A DNA stretch of 64,000 bases from Pecten maximus (lineage: Eukaryota): contig NC_047017.1 in the NCBI RefSeq assembly GCF_902652985.1, positions 47,554,001 through 47,618,000 of the forward strand, read 5' to 3'. Position numbers and translations under genes: made by a program. The notes below the pieces were generated by a model. The model was not told the origin of the DNA, searched no databases, and saw only the letters and a program-made list of their open reading frames with translations. How positions within the stretch are numbered: the first letter of the stretch is position 1; each line of letters opens with the position of its first letter. This document shows, piece by piece, positions 1-54,766 of this stretch.

Positions 1-1980
1 ATGTGTACAAGATTCAACATTTCAATTCTATCTATTAGGTATAAAGTTATCCGTGCTTGTTTGAATCGTGGATTACAGACCAGGGTTGCCCCTGCATACC
101 TGCTAGGAATAAATTCTAGTTTAGCAGATAATGGTCAACTGCATCATCGAAGGCTGTTTTTGCGTTCAAGAGCACGATGGCAATGTCAGCCATACTAATA
201 TTTTCTATGGTTGCATTACGGAGTAAGGGTCGTATTCTTGGCAGAATTCTCCAGTGACATGGCACGATAAAGTCAGCTATCACAAGAAGACACAACACGA
301 ACACAACGCGGTCTCCCAAAACACACATGCATCCACTACATGCATGCATCTCAGGGGAGGCCATCCTTGAATGACCAAACTTTCCCGTGTGGAATCGGTT
401 ATTTGTGACAACACCCTTTCTTGTCCAGCAGATGTTGTCTTCCCTAGACAAATGATAACTGCTCCCTGTGCGCTTTGCTGAACAATTTCTTTGTTGTTTT
501 TCATGCAGTTATAATCAAGAGTCAACTCTAAGGATATCACCATCCTCAAGAGAGGCGAAGCAGCTCTACTATCGCTCGATCTTAATGTGCGTCCTTGTCC
601 ATTATTGTAGGCCCCGACGCCGGAGTTCGAGGTGAAGAGTTGAGGTCATCTTTTTCAATCCACAAGGAAATGTCTGGATGGTAGTACTCCTTTTTGGCAA
701 TATTTTGGTGGATGTCGGACTGACTTTGGGAGCCATTTTATTTGCAATTGGCGCTTTATGGTACACGGCAGGATAGTGCATGTTCTCCCCTAATAGACGG
801 GCTCCTTTAACGAAATGCCGAGTTGATGACGATGAATTGTTCACAGATCCCGGATCTTAATAACGAGTTGTTTAGATATGGGTATGATTTACTGCTGTTG
901 AACCGTATGGATGTTCATGACTTTTCGGTCGGTTTCAAGGGACTGCAGTTGTTGAGATACAATCTGGTTCTGTTCAATGGTGTCGATTCTTGTTTTTCTT
1001 TAAGTTCGAGTGCTGATCACGTGACAGATGTACCTACAGTTGTCAACTCCTTTGGGAGGAGAGGAACCAGGAGACCCGTAGCGTTGGTGGTCACGTGGCC
1101 TACTAGGTTACTGTTTATGAGTACTCTCAGGGGATTTCTCGGTGTCAGGTGGCCTCTCCTGTAGAGATATTTTTCCATTCTCAGGATTCCAAAAAATCCT
1201 AAAAAAAAAGTTTTTGAAATAATTGATTTTACGTTCTACGATAGTGATGTAGCTACGGATTCTGGCTTCGTTTTAATGACTATTCCAGGTTTATCCTTTC
1301 TGATATCAATTCATCCTCAGTTACTTCTCACGACTAAGCAGCTTACGTGACTCATTCTTGTTTGCTTGATAACCCTTATTATCGGTAAGCACTGAGGGAT
1401 CGGTATTGTTTCGTTAGCGATATTCGCGATGAAAGCTGGCGCAGATGCAATACGGTTCCTCGTACAGATGATGTAACACCGATCCATTCAATGCACGTAT
1501 GCACACAGAGTTGTTTAGGGTGCATCCGTCCAGGACCGGGTCGTTACTTCCACAGTGTATTTGTGCGAGTCCACTGATTGACTAAGATTGACTTTATAGC
1601 GGAGTTGTTAACTCGAGTTGGAGGCTAAGTGTGGTCGTGATTCGGTAGCGCATATTATTGCTCTCGCGTGTCACCGCGGGCGCAGTAACACTGATTTGGC
1701 CTTCATCGCTTACAAGTCTTTTTAGGGTCTTGCTTGTTTTCAAAAGTTCATACTCCGAATAAATCTCGTTAATTTCCTTGCGAGCTGTCTTCATTTACTG
1801 GCATCTTTACTCTGCATGAGGTCTGTATCTGCTTGGCCATTGACATTGAGGTAGTGAGCTCGATAAAGCTTCTTGTCGGATGGTCTGCCGTTTATTTTCT
1901 TCATGATCGACAATGTAGTTTGAACAACTAGGCGGCCATCATCGCTCCCATCAACTACACTCCTTTTCTCCTACTCATAA
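1..1980 (-). mobile_element. Highly decayed Ty3/Gypsy-like LTR retrotransposon fragment (gag and pol/integrase remnants)
   Basis: Frameshifted minus-strand remnants in the expected order: gag-like EGQISVTAPAVTRESNNMRY (~1650-1710), VLSQIT...LVIQGWP (~360-415), DACVFW/GDRVV (~300-335), integrase-start-like QPWSVIH (~65-90). Higher GC than the flanks. Recognised by eye only. Confidence 0.45.
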
Positions 1981-3214
1981 TCGTCTGGGGAGTTTTTTTT
2001 TCGGGGTCGACGGTACCTTGAAGGATCCCTAAAGGATAATGGCCGTCATCTTTGAAAAATGGCCGAAAGATTTAAAGTACTTCCGGTTGATTATTAACAG
2101 CAGAAACGCCGAAAAGTTGGGATTTATAGTTAAAAAACAACACTACATACAACTAAAAGTTAATAGTTTTAAAATTAATAAAAACTAGAGAAACACAGGT
2201 AAATTAACTAAAAGTGACTGACAAGAACCCTAGAGAAGGAAATTAAAAAGCTATCCACAGGCTGGGGGGGGGGGATCAACCCCACTACCTCACAGCTCGG
2301 CTATCATCTTCAACAAATCATTCTTATGGTCAGCCCAAAAATTAGATATTCACAATTAAACGGGAACCTTCACATAAAACTTTAGAAAGATCAATCCAGT
2401 GATTTCTGAGCAACAACAAAATTAAATCGGGAATGACCGCCAGTGTTTGTTTTTTTAATTGTACTCAAAATTGTACATCCTACAACAAGGCACCAAAGGG
2501 AAACGAGAAGGGAAATGTCAAAATCCAGATGTTTGTCAATCATATTGTTTTTCTAGTGAATCTCAAAATTGTACGATCACAACTATGGACCAAGGATGTA
2601 AATTCGGTATACTCATAGACTCGATCTGTAAGTATATGTCAGAGAATGGGTAAAACGGGAACATACTGTACTGGATTCGCTGTCGGAGTGGATTTAATCC
2701 ATTTGGTCCATAATCTCTGAACGATTGGAGTTTATGATAAAAATTATTACAAAACGTGTGTCTGCATTCCTTGGTCCCGATCTCAAACTAAACGTCACGA
2801 TCCAGATGACAGGTTGTAATTTTGCCTGCAGAGATATGGTATTTTCGTCTGCAAATACGATTACGTCCTGTTTTCAAAATAAACCAGACTTGCTTGGTAA
2901 TCAAAGACACCCTACCAACACATAAAATATTCAAAATGCGAAACACTGGCTAATTATACTATAGTTTTTTTCAATCTTTAAAAATACAGGATAACTATAC
3001 AGACGAGTACCTCGTTTTTATTGAGTTAGACATCTCTATATGGTTCAGAAGTGTAATTAATGGGATATGAATTCTGAAGAAATCCGAGGCGATCCTGTCA
3101 ATCTTTAATATAGATATTTGATGTTTTTACTACATGTACATATTTACCATTCCCTATTACAAACTGAAGTAACGCCTTCGTTTTCTTGTTATGAGAACCA
3201 TCTTTTTCGTTAGA

Positions 3215-3752
3215 CTAGGTACAGCGATACCAGTACATGATTGTGACGTCATACAAGGTACAGCGATACCAGTACATTGTGACGTCATACCAGGTACAGC
3301 GATACAAGTACAGGATTGCGACGTCATACAAGGTACAGAGATACAAGTATATGACTGACGTCATACAAGGTACAGCGATACAAGTACAGGATTGCGACGT
3401 CATACCAGGTACAGCGATACAAGTATATGATTGTGACGTCATACTAGGTACAGCGATACCAGTACATTGTGACGCCATACTAGGTACAGCGATACCAGTA
3501 CAGGATTGTGACCTCATACCAGGTACAGCGATACCAGTACAGGATTGTGACGTCATACCAGGTACAGAGATACAAGTATATGATTGTGACGTCATACTAG
3601 GTACAGCGATACCAGTACATGATTGTGACGTCATACAAGGTACAGAGATACCAATACAGGATTGTGACGTCATACCAGGTACAGCGATACCAGTACAGGA
3701 TTGTGACGTCATACAAGGTACAGCGATTCAAGTACAGGATTGTGACGTTATA
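3215..3752. repeat. 39-bp (some 36-bp) minisatellite, ~14 units
   Basis: Unit AGGTACAGCGATACCAGTACAGGATTGTGACGTCATACC. Confidence 0.95.
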
Positions 3753-3884
3753 CGACTTACGCCAAGAGGAAATACGCCGAAGGTGAAATCATGAGAATGC
3801 GGCCGGCAACAACATATTTTAACTTAATTGAAAAACTTATTGAAGAATTTACAAGAAGAGCGACCTTGCAAAGTCCTTCTAACT

Positions 3885-4115
3885 GTCAGATATACTCAAA
3901 AGTTCTTCAAATCAATGACACAACATTTCAACTTCGGTCGTTTAGCTTGACTTCTACTTATACTATGATAAGTAAAATCATTGTAATTATCCTATTTTTA
4001 GTTTAACATTTATGGATAGCAACATACCTGCTTCCCCTACCTACGGTGTTTATATTTCAGTTGAGTCGATATTCAAGGACATATTCCCAATATCATGACA
4101 TCCTTGATCGATTGC
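3885..4115 (+). mobile_element. Degenerate Penelope-like retroelement RT fragment
   Basis: Frameshifted IYSKVLQINDTT...LDFYL..YYDK...FMDSNIPASPTYGVYI/QLSRYSRTYSQYHDILDR resembles the Penelope-like motif LYDKRDDF...SNIP..PAYGVYISQLIRY.RACS. Confidence 0.6.
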
Positions 4116-5099
4116 TGATGGTGGAGTATAATGGTGTTAATGTTAAATCGGGGATAGCGATATCAACCGTTTGGTAACCTTTCACACTACACGACAGATC
4201 ACTCTATTGAACTACACATACAACAAGTATAACAGTTACTAAGTACATGTAGGAACAAGGAAGTTACGACAGGGAACTCAAGATCTTGACCTTTGACACT
4301 TTTCTTTATCTTTAATTATGGAAGAAATGAAATAGACCTTAGCGTGCGCTATTTTCTATGTGGCGTTTATATTGTGATGAGGAAAAACATTTGACACTAA
4401 GAGAGATAACTCTCAGAGGAAAAAAAAACAATATTGTCTTAATAGAATCACTGCGATACGGTATTTTCCCATCACGAGCCCCTAGGGAAGGGCGTAAACC
4501 CAAGAAACCAGGAAGATAAATACAACATGTACAAACCACTGGTACATATTAGTCTTACATGATAAAATTACCAAATATCTATAATATTAGTCTAGAAATG
4601 AACTCCGAAAGTGAGTTATTAACCAGCAGTGTTTTACCGACAGATTCCTGAGCTAACAAGTCAGAGTTCGTTCTCAGTATCTTAAGTTATGTTTTAGGTA
4701 GCATTCACACTTTCATTGGAAGGTGTCATACGCGGCACAACAAAGACTTCTAATCTTTCTGTGAGCTGCTGATTTTGAATTCTCTAGAACTCGTTTTTGT
4801 CCTATAAGGGTTAAAGGGAAATAACTCCTGTATATAAAAAGGAGGAGTGTAATACAATTAAAATGTCCCTGTAAAAAGAAGGGTATCTGTTGCAATGATT
4901 TAAAGCAGCACAGGTTTGGGGTAGGATGCCAAGGCAGCCATGTAATTCCGAGGACAAAGGGGTTTGTATGGTATCTCCAGCATGGCCTTGTGGCAATGTT
5001 GCCTCGTTTTTTTTTTTAACAAACATAACTAGAGACAACCCTAGTTCCATCTTGTTCTATCACCAGACATTTTGATTATGTCTGGTGTAATCTGTCGAC

Positions 5100-5323
5100 G
5101 GGGCCTGGTAGCAGAGTGGTTAAAGTGTCCCAAAACTTTATCACTATCACTTTATACCAGCTATCCACCTCTGGGTTTCAGTTCGAAACCTACGTGGGGC
5201 AGTTTCCAGGTTCTGACCGTAGGCCAGTGGTTCTTCTCCAGGTAGATGGCTTTCCTCCACCTCCAAAATTTGTTACATGACCCTGGCTGTTAATGGGACG
5301 TTAAACAAAATAAAAAAATAAAC
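5100..5323 (+). mobile_element. tRNA-derived SINE, V-domain type
   Basis: A box TGGTAGCAGAGTGGTT, B box GTTCGAAACC (5181), V-like TTCTCCAGGTAGATGGCTTTCCTCCAC, tail CTGTTAATGGGACGTTAAAC plus A-rich end; possible decayed TSD gtaatctgtcg/gtagtctgttg. Confidence 0.75.
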
Positions 5324-6452
5324 GAAAGTAGTCTGTTGTACTATATAGAATAAGATCTAACTAAGATCCAATTTTGTGATTTGATTTAAAGAAAGTTCAT
5401 TTAATTTAACCAATATTTTTCTTTGTCAAATAATGCTTTCTCATGGAAAATCTGATTTTTTAGTTAGGGGATTTCTCTTAAGTTTAGGTATGAAGAGGAA
5501 CCTGGGGCCAGGATTATTCTTTTCAGACTGTAGGTCACCATCTGATTTTTTTCCAATGCATCAGTAGCAGTCATTGTTTAATGATATGGGCATTTAGACA
5601 ACAAAATAAAAACAATGAAATCTGTATAGAAGAATTTATGTAATTTTATTATTTTTGCGGTTTTATTTTACCATTTCTTGCACTTACATGTTACTGATTT
5701 GTGTTATAAAACTATACAATAATAATAGTAATAATTGGCTAAGCTCTCCTTACAGATCTGTATGTATTAGTGGTGGGAACTTTGCAATAATAAACCTTCC
5801 TTGGGTTATATAACTCCAAAGCAAAATACCATTGGCTTTATCTACAAGGTGGCTGCCACACCTAAAATCCGCACAGAAATTTCGGCAAAAACAATAAGAT
5901 TTCACCAAAAAGTAATAACACTACATTGCATACAAAACTGTACATGCACACCCACACTCACACATACGTTGTAGTTTATAAAACTCAGTGTTAACACAAG
6001 GTAAATAACAGGAGCTATACACAGGATACATCGGTACTATACACTGTAGTAGGCTACAACTAGTGTGGTAGGTCAACATTATAATAACAATAATAAGGGG
6101 GGAGAAAAATCATTGCACTTTTATACTTCATTTCTATGGAAGAAATGTTTTGATTCCTGAAAAAATAATAACATTCAAACAATGACAATAAAAGCAAACG
6201 TGGAGATATACAAATGATATGCAAAAAGTGCTCATCAATCATTTCATATTCTTGCATAATTAAAAACTTCAAGCTAAAAATTTACAATAATGATTTAATT
6301 TAAATAATTATGTCTTTTTCCCTACATTTGACCCCTCACATGACAGCACCATGTAATTCTCACCATCAGAAATTGGGAGCCACTCATCCTCCATCGTTTT
6401 ATCTTGTAGTCCTCAATCTACTTATTGTCTACCCACTGTTGGCCTACAGTAC

Positions 6453-6970
6453 AGTAGTCGTCCACCTATCTACCCCCCCTATCTACCCACGTCAGTACCA
6501 TAGTTGTCCACCTATCTACCCCCGTCAGTACCATAGTCGTCCACCTATCTACCCCCGTCAGTACCATAGTTGTACACCTATCTACCCACTGTCAGAACTG
6601 TAGTTGTCCACCTATCTACCCCCGTCAGTACCATAATCGTACACCTATCTACCCACGTCAGTACCATAGTCGTCCACCTATCTACCCCCGTCAGTACCAT
6701 AGTCGTCCACCTATCTAACCCCGTCAGTACCATAGTTGTCCACCTATCTACCCACCGTCAGAACTGTAGTTGTCCACCTATCTACCCCCGTCAGTACCAT
6801 AGTCGTCCACCTATCTACCCCCGTCAGTACCATAGTTGTACACCTATCTACCCCCGTCTGTACCATAGTTGTACACCTATCTACCCCCGTCAGTACCATA
6901 GTTGTACACCTATCTACCCCTGTCAGTACCATAGTTGTACACCTATCTACCCACAGTCAGAACTGTAGTC
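6453..6970. repeat. 33-bp minisatellite, ~15 units
   Basis: Unit TCAGTACCATAGTYGTMCACCTATCTACCCCCG, with degenerate flanks. Confidence 0.95.
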
Positions 6971-8649
6971 TTCCTACCAACTGACATTACTGTAATCCTA
7001 CATCTATTCACTGCTCCACCTATCTACCAACTGTCGGCCTACAATGTAATGTCACCTGCCATATCTATTCAGCTTCTGACTTAATTTCTCATTCACTACT
7101 GATTTAAACATGTCTAGAATTTTAAGGACATAGGTCTATTACAAAGAAATTTTGCCATATTATTATTTTTTTTTACTACTAAAGTATTATAAATGATAAA
7201 GTTTATCTATGTGTAGATTTGTTTAAATCATGTGTAGGAATATTTTGAATATGTTTGGAAAGTTGAAGATTTGATAGTGGAATGTGGACAAGGATACACA
7301 AATTGTACGAGGTCACACCCCTGGTCTGCTGTAGACCAAGAATTATACAACAGCCAAATATAGGACAGCTCTCAAGTAAATTCTTAATTTCCTGGTTAAT
7401 AACTAGTTTATAACGAAAATTAAAATTAAGAATTTGACTCCGTATATGCACTAAAAGGACATAAATACCACTTCTAATATCATCATTGAATCTCCTATGG
7501 GCAGGACGTCAACCAAAACATTCAGCAAGCAAACCAAAGGCACAAGCGACTTCGTCTCTTCCTCAACCATATCACAAGTCAATTAATTAATAATTAACAA
7601 TCAATTAAAAGGCAGTTCTTTATGAGTGAACTTACTTCACTCAAAACACTGCTGTTGTTCCGATTCACTTAAGCAGTATGTAGATGTAAAATTGTGTTTT
7701 TTGTGTGCATTTCCAAGTCAAATGGAATGTATTCTACAACTACAGTTACTCCCCTTGCACTGAGTGCTAAATACCTGTCACATCGCAATGTCAGGAATAT
7801 AAACACAAGATCTATCAAATACCTTGTGTTGCTGTGTGTAAGTCATCCTCGAAAAAAAAGATAGGTATAAATACCATGCTAAATCATAACTTGAAATTAC
7901 CTCAGACCTTCAGACATTTTTAACAATGTTTTTGAAAGACCTTCAAGCTTTATTATACAAAATAACAGTAACAAATGATCACTTATTTCATAATACTGAC
8001 TCGATATCACTATAACACTCAAGTAAAATGAAGGAATCAAAAGTTTAAAAATTTCTGAGAAAGTAAAAAGTTAAAACAACCTCTCTCATTATTCACAAAT
8101 TTAAACTGATTTTAAAATTACAGAAAATTGCAAGATTATCCGAAGACAGCTAATTTTTTCTTCATGACGTTTTGCCATTCTCTAATCAACAGTATCTACG
8201 ATTCGGTTTATCTTGCCATTAGCTTTCAAGCTAAATATGTCACTGTTCTTCATACAATTTTTGTTTTAAATATCAAAAATATTTTTGAAAAAAAAAAAAC
8301 TACTGGGAAGTATTTGGATAACTTTACCAATGACCACAGCATTGCTTTAATCAACAGCAGTGTGTATCATATATCATATTGCATAATCATAGTTACTTCA
8401 ATCCTTCTCTACAGTATACAACATAAAATGAATCACATTGTGTTGGGGGACTTTGTGAATCGCCCTTAAATAAATGGAATTGTTCACATGTACAATTCAA
8501 AATTTTTAAATGCATGTGATCTTGACATTTGATCACTTCAACGAAAGTTTATGAGAAAAATTATGGGAGACAAAAATAACATGGTCTTTGTTCGTCATGA
8601 GACATGCATCAAAACTTGAAGGATTAATTGCTATTTAACATGTCATGTC

Positions 8650-10310
8650 TAGTGGGAACACCAACATTCTCCCTCCCTCTCACAGCAGGTATTCACTGTC
8701 TAGATCTCCAGTAGTAACACCAAACATTCTCCCTCTCACATCAGGTATTCACTGTCTAGATCTCCAGTAGTAACACCAAACATTCTCCCTCCCTCCTACA
8801 TCAGGTATTCACTGTCTAGATCTCCAGTAGTAACACCAAACATTCTCCCTCTCACATCAGGTATTCACTGTCTAGATCTCCAGTAGGAACACCAAACATT
8901 CTCCCTCTCAAATCAGGTATTCACTGTCTAGATCTTCAGTAGTAACACCAAACATTCTCCCTCCCTCTCACATCAGGTATTCACTGTCTACATATCCAGT
9001 AGTAACACCAAACATTCTCACTCTCACATCAGGTATTCACTGTCTAGATCTCCAGTAGTAACACCAAACATTCTCCCTCCCTCTCACATCAGGTATTCAC
9101 TGTCTAGATCTACAATAGTAACACCAAACATTCTCCCTCCCTCCTACATCAGGTATTCACTGTCTAGATCTCCAGTAGTAACACCAAACATTCTCCCTCT
9201 CACATCAGGTATTCACTGTCTAGATATCCAATAGTAACACCAAACATTCTCCCTCTCACATCAGGTATTCACCGTCTAGATCTACAGTAGTAACACCAAA
9301 CATTCTCCCTCTCACATCAGGTATTCACTGTCTAGATCTACAGTAGTAACACCAAACATTCTCCCTCCCTCCTACATCAGGTATTCACTGTCTAGATCTC
9401 CAGTAGTAACACCAAACATTCTCCCTCTCACATCAGGTATTCACTGTCTAGATCTCCAGTAGTAACACCAAACATTCTCCCTCCCTCCTACATCAGGTAT
9501 TCACTGTCTAGATCTCCAGTAGTAACACCAAACATTCTCCCTCTCACATCAGGTATTCACTGTCTAGATCTCCAGTAGTAACACCAAACATTCTCCCTCC
9601 CTCCTACATCAGGTATTCACTGTCTAGATCTCCAGTAGTAACACCAAACATTCTCCCTCTCACATCAGGTATTCACTGTCTAGATATCCAGTAGTAACAC
9701 CAAACATTCTCCCTCTCACATCAGGTATTCACTGTCTAGATATCCAGTAGTAACACCAAACATTCTCCCTCTCACATCAGGTATTCACTGTCTAGATCTC
9801 CAGTAGTAACACCAAACATTCTCCCTCCCTCCTACATCAGATATTCACTGTCTAGATCTCCAGTAGTAACACCAAACATTCTCCCTCTCACATCAGGTAT
9901 TCACTGTCTAGATCTCCAGTAGTAACACCAAACATTCTCCCTCCCTCCTACATCAGGTATTCACTGTCTAGATCTCCAGTAGTAACACCAAACATTCTCC
10001 CTCTCACATCAGGTATTCACTGTCTAGATATCCAGTAGTAACACCAAACATTCTCACTCTCACATCAGGTATTCACTGTCTAGATCTCCAGTAGTAACAC
10101 CAAACATTCTCCCTCCCTCTCACATCAGGTATTCACTGTCTAGATCTCCAGTAGTAACACCAAACATTCTCCCTCTCACATCAGGTATTCACTGTCTAGA
10201 TCTCCAGTAGTAACACCAAACATTCTCACTCCCTCCTACATCAGGTATTCACTGTCTAGATCTCCAGTAGTAACACCAAACATTCTCCCTCCCTCCTATA
10301 TAAGGTATTC
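8650..10310. repeat. 56/60-bp minisatellite, ~29 units
   Basis: Unit CATCAGGTATTCACTGTCTAGATCTCCAGTAGTAACACCAAACATTCTCCCT(CCCT)CTCA. Confidence 0.95.
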
Positions 10311-10747
10311 CATCACCACTAGACCTTTGTACACATTAGCAACCTTACAGGAGTTACTGTGAGAGTATTGTGACACCTTTAATAATGGGCAAAGTTAGTT
10401 GTGACATATCAGTTGTGAAGGACAATGTTTAACAAAAAGCTTGCTATACGGTATATATAATCAATGTCAAGGTGTTTCTAAAATAGCACGTAATCAGATA
10501 TGTTCCAATAAACCACTTTTGGCCAGTGTTTTATCCTCTACCATTAATGAAAGACTTTGACAAAACCTAAATACTGGCAGATCACACGGATTTTCCACCT
10601 TTACCAAGTAATGATCGGCAGGATGGGGACTCCCACATTTTGGCAGTATATAACTTGTGACATGAAAATGTGCTTCACGGATTCTAACAACAGATTTAAA
10701 CACAACATAATGGTATTGGGACTATTTATTTTCTACAATTACACAAT

Positions 10748-10960
10748 TACAAGAGGCCTAATGGGTCTGTATCACTCACCTGTTCTACACCTCATGAAGA
10801 GAACACTTCTTAATTTACACAAATATAACACATACATTACATTTATAATATTTTTTTTAAATTATGCTAATTTCCCCAAATATTCAACTTTCTTACTTTC
10901 TTATAACCTGTTAACAATCTAAAGGTTCATGGATCGGATACTAAACAATTTTTACAAATT
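10748..10960 (+). mobile_element. Truncated HINE-like (Helentron-associated) element, 5' end
   Basis: ACAAGAGGCCTAATGGGTCTGTATCACTCACCTG resembles the 5' end type of the HINE at 38103. Confidence 0.4.
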
Positions 10961-13541
10961 GAAACAAAACAATGTTACAAATGAAAGCCCATCTCTTTTG
11001 ATGTGATGTAGGTCTGCAGGTGTTGTTACTTGAACATTAAACTCAACATGAATGAAGTCTGTATGTAATTATAACAGCAGGTGATATGGTAATGGTGACC
11101 CTCGGCAAGAAAAGCGATCACAGCACTGAAATCATCACGTGGTTATCACATGTACCGTAAAACACTGATAATTATGTGATACAGAGGAAGGGGCAATCTC
11201 ACAGTAACTCCTGGTGTCACACCACGCATCTCAAACTCACTCAGTCATTGATCGATTAAACAGAAAAACATAGGGTTTTTGGCAAATTCACTTATCAACA
11301 ATAGCTGATTACTATGTACAGAACATTTACATATATGCAAGACTTCATTACAGACACTACATTAATATACATCTGTACATGATTAAGGCTGAATAGTGTG
11401 ATGCTATTAACATTTTAGTGGTTTAAATACATCTATATGTACAAGCTACAGTGTGACCTACTAAAGCCTTAAGATCTATACAATATCCCAACAGGATTTG
11501 TCGTATGATATATTATATATATTTATATATATAAAGCATGATGCGTTTCAACTTATCTGGGAACACAGGCTAAAGCACTAAGAGTCACACTCTTTATAAC
11601 AGCCATTTAATTTGGATAGGAGATTTTGTTTTAAAGAGTAGTTTTAAGATATCATGCATTGATAAGTTGCTAACCTATCCTTGACAGGTAGGTCAGAGTT
11701 ACAGAAGAAGTATTTGCACTATTCCACATTATTACTCATCATAAAATCCTATGTTCACAGTGATCCCAACTTTCTGAGATCCTATTCCATATAAATGAAA
11801 TACACCAAAGTTGCAATTTATTGTCAAGCCATTTTTTCACCTTGTAAGTCAGCTAGGATTCATTGTATGTCCCTTTTCTACCAATGCATGGAAATCTTAA
11901 ATAAATCATCAACTTGACACCAGTCCAACATTAGAGAAATGTGAATTATTGATATCTTTGAGAAGTACATGTTACTGTAGAAAGTTTGACCTAGAACATC
12001 GTGGGTTAGGTTGCCAGTCTGTGATATACATATATACAGTACTGATAAAAGGCAAATGAAACTACCTAAATCAGCACTGGTATAGTATGTTGTGCTGGTA
12101 TGAAGACTATCCCGTCATTTCACATCCCAGTCTGAATACCCGAACATCAGTATTTAAGTCATTATTCAAGAATGACACAAAGTCATTTTCTGGTTTAGAT
12201 TATAGAAGTTATTGATATAACTAGATGAGTTTATTAATTTTACATGTCCTTTGATATAATGTTCTTTGATAATAATTTATACATTATTGTTAAGTATATC
12301 GGTATTTTTACTTATGGTATTTAGTAAATTAATCTTTCATCTAAATATGATGACATAATGAAATTAAAACGCATTAGTATGTAATCAATATGTGAACTCC
12401 AGGCTCGTTATAAATTTCTTTGCAGAATACCATCATTGATATAAAAAAATCTAGATATTTATGTCCTAAAGGACCAATGCACAACAATACCGTCAAATGA
12501 ATTAAATCACATGACAAATATTCCATATAAGATATTTGAAATATCTAACCTGAATAAAATTCCTTACTAGCTTGATATCAAGGAAAACCTGTTTAATGTC
12601 CAACTTCGTCTCAAATTCAGGACTACAGTTTACAGTCCCAGGAAGGCTATAAATATTACAGGTGGTGAGGTTTTTGACACAAATGACAGGATGATTCAAT
12701 GGCAGTGATGATACAAACTGACTGAATTGTGTCACATCACAGAATAAAAACCTTGATGGTCACACCAGAATGAGACAGGTTTAACTGTAATGGCGGCAAT
12801 ATGTAGGCTAACTATATTGTATACAACAACCAAATAACACCCGAGATCACTCCTTACAAAGGGCAACACTAAATAATCACTCCTTAAATAGGAATATGCA
12901 GTGTAAATTTTAAGCCATCCAATTATGATAGTCCCTTATATAAATACATGTTATATGTTTTCTTTACAAATATGGTTAAAGATCTCAAAAATTTTCCATG
13001 ATAAATAATATTGTACTAGGCTAAACAATTATTTTGGTTTTTAACACTACAAAATATTGTTTCCTACATATTTCTGTTAAATGTTTGGGGAGTTAAATTT
13101 GTATCAAAGTCTTACAGAAATAAAGACAAAATGGCTGACTCCAATATATAATGGGGAAAATCAGAACTTGTGAGTGGTAGACACAGTGGGTCTGCTACAG
13201 GTATATAATAGGACTAAATATATATGGGAATAATACGGAGTAGGTTAATCATCAGCAGTAAGCAAGCATCTCAGAGCTTTGTTTTGTAGATGTGAAAATG
13301 CTGCATTTCCTGTTTTCTTGGCTCAGGGCTGAGTGTTGTAAATATGATGTGTCTGCCTTGGCATAGTAACTACCACAGACTGTAACCAATAACTTGTGTC
13401 CAGAAGAATTAACATCGCTGGGATGGCTCTGTACAGCTGACACTTGGGACTGGAGACCACACATCAAACAACCAGTCATGGTGTGATATCACCAGGGCTG
13501 CATCTGGATATACCGGTGACCTGGGGTCACACTCTGGCCAA

Positions 13542-54766
<41,225 letters not shown>

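Noticed and set aside
2285-2930. Possible DNA-transposon remnant with a repeated CTCAAAATTGTAC motif
   Set aside because: No TIRs, TSD or coding motif could be established by eye.
3215-3794. 165-aa and 185-aa ORFs on both strands
   Set aside because: Artefacts of the 39/36-bp repeat.
5100-5195. tRNA gene
   Set aside because: The A and B boxes are followed by a SINE body and tail; there is no cloverleaf.
6310-6984. Overlapping repetitive ORFs
   Set aside because: Artefacts of the 33-bp repeat.
5620-13541. A defined ~8-kb MRCK 3' UTR ending near 5645
   Set aside because: Plausible from composition, but several AATAAA signals exist on the minus strand (near 12230, 11818, 10725, 5645). The end cannot be fixed without transcript data.
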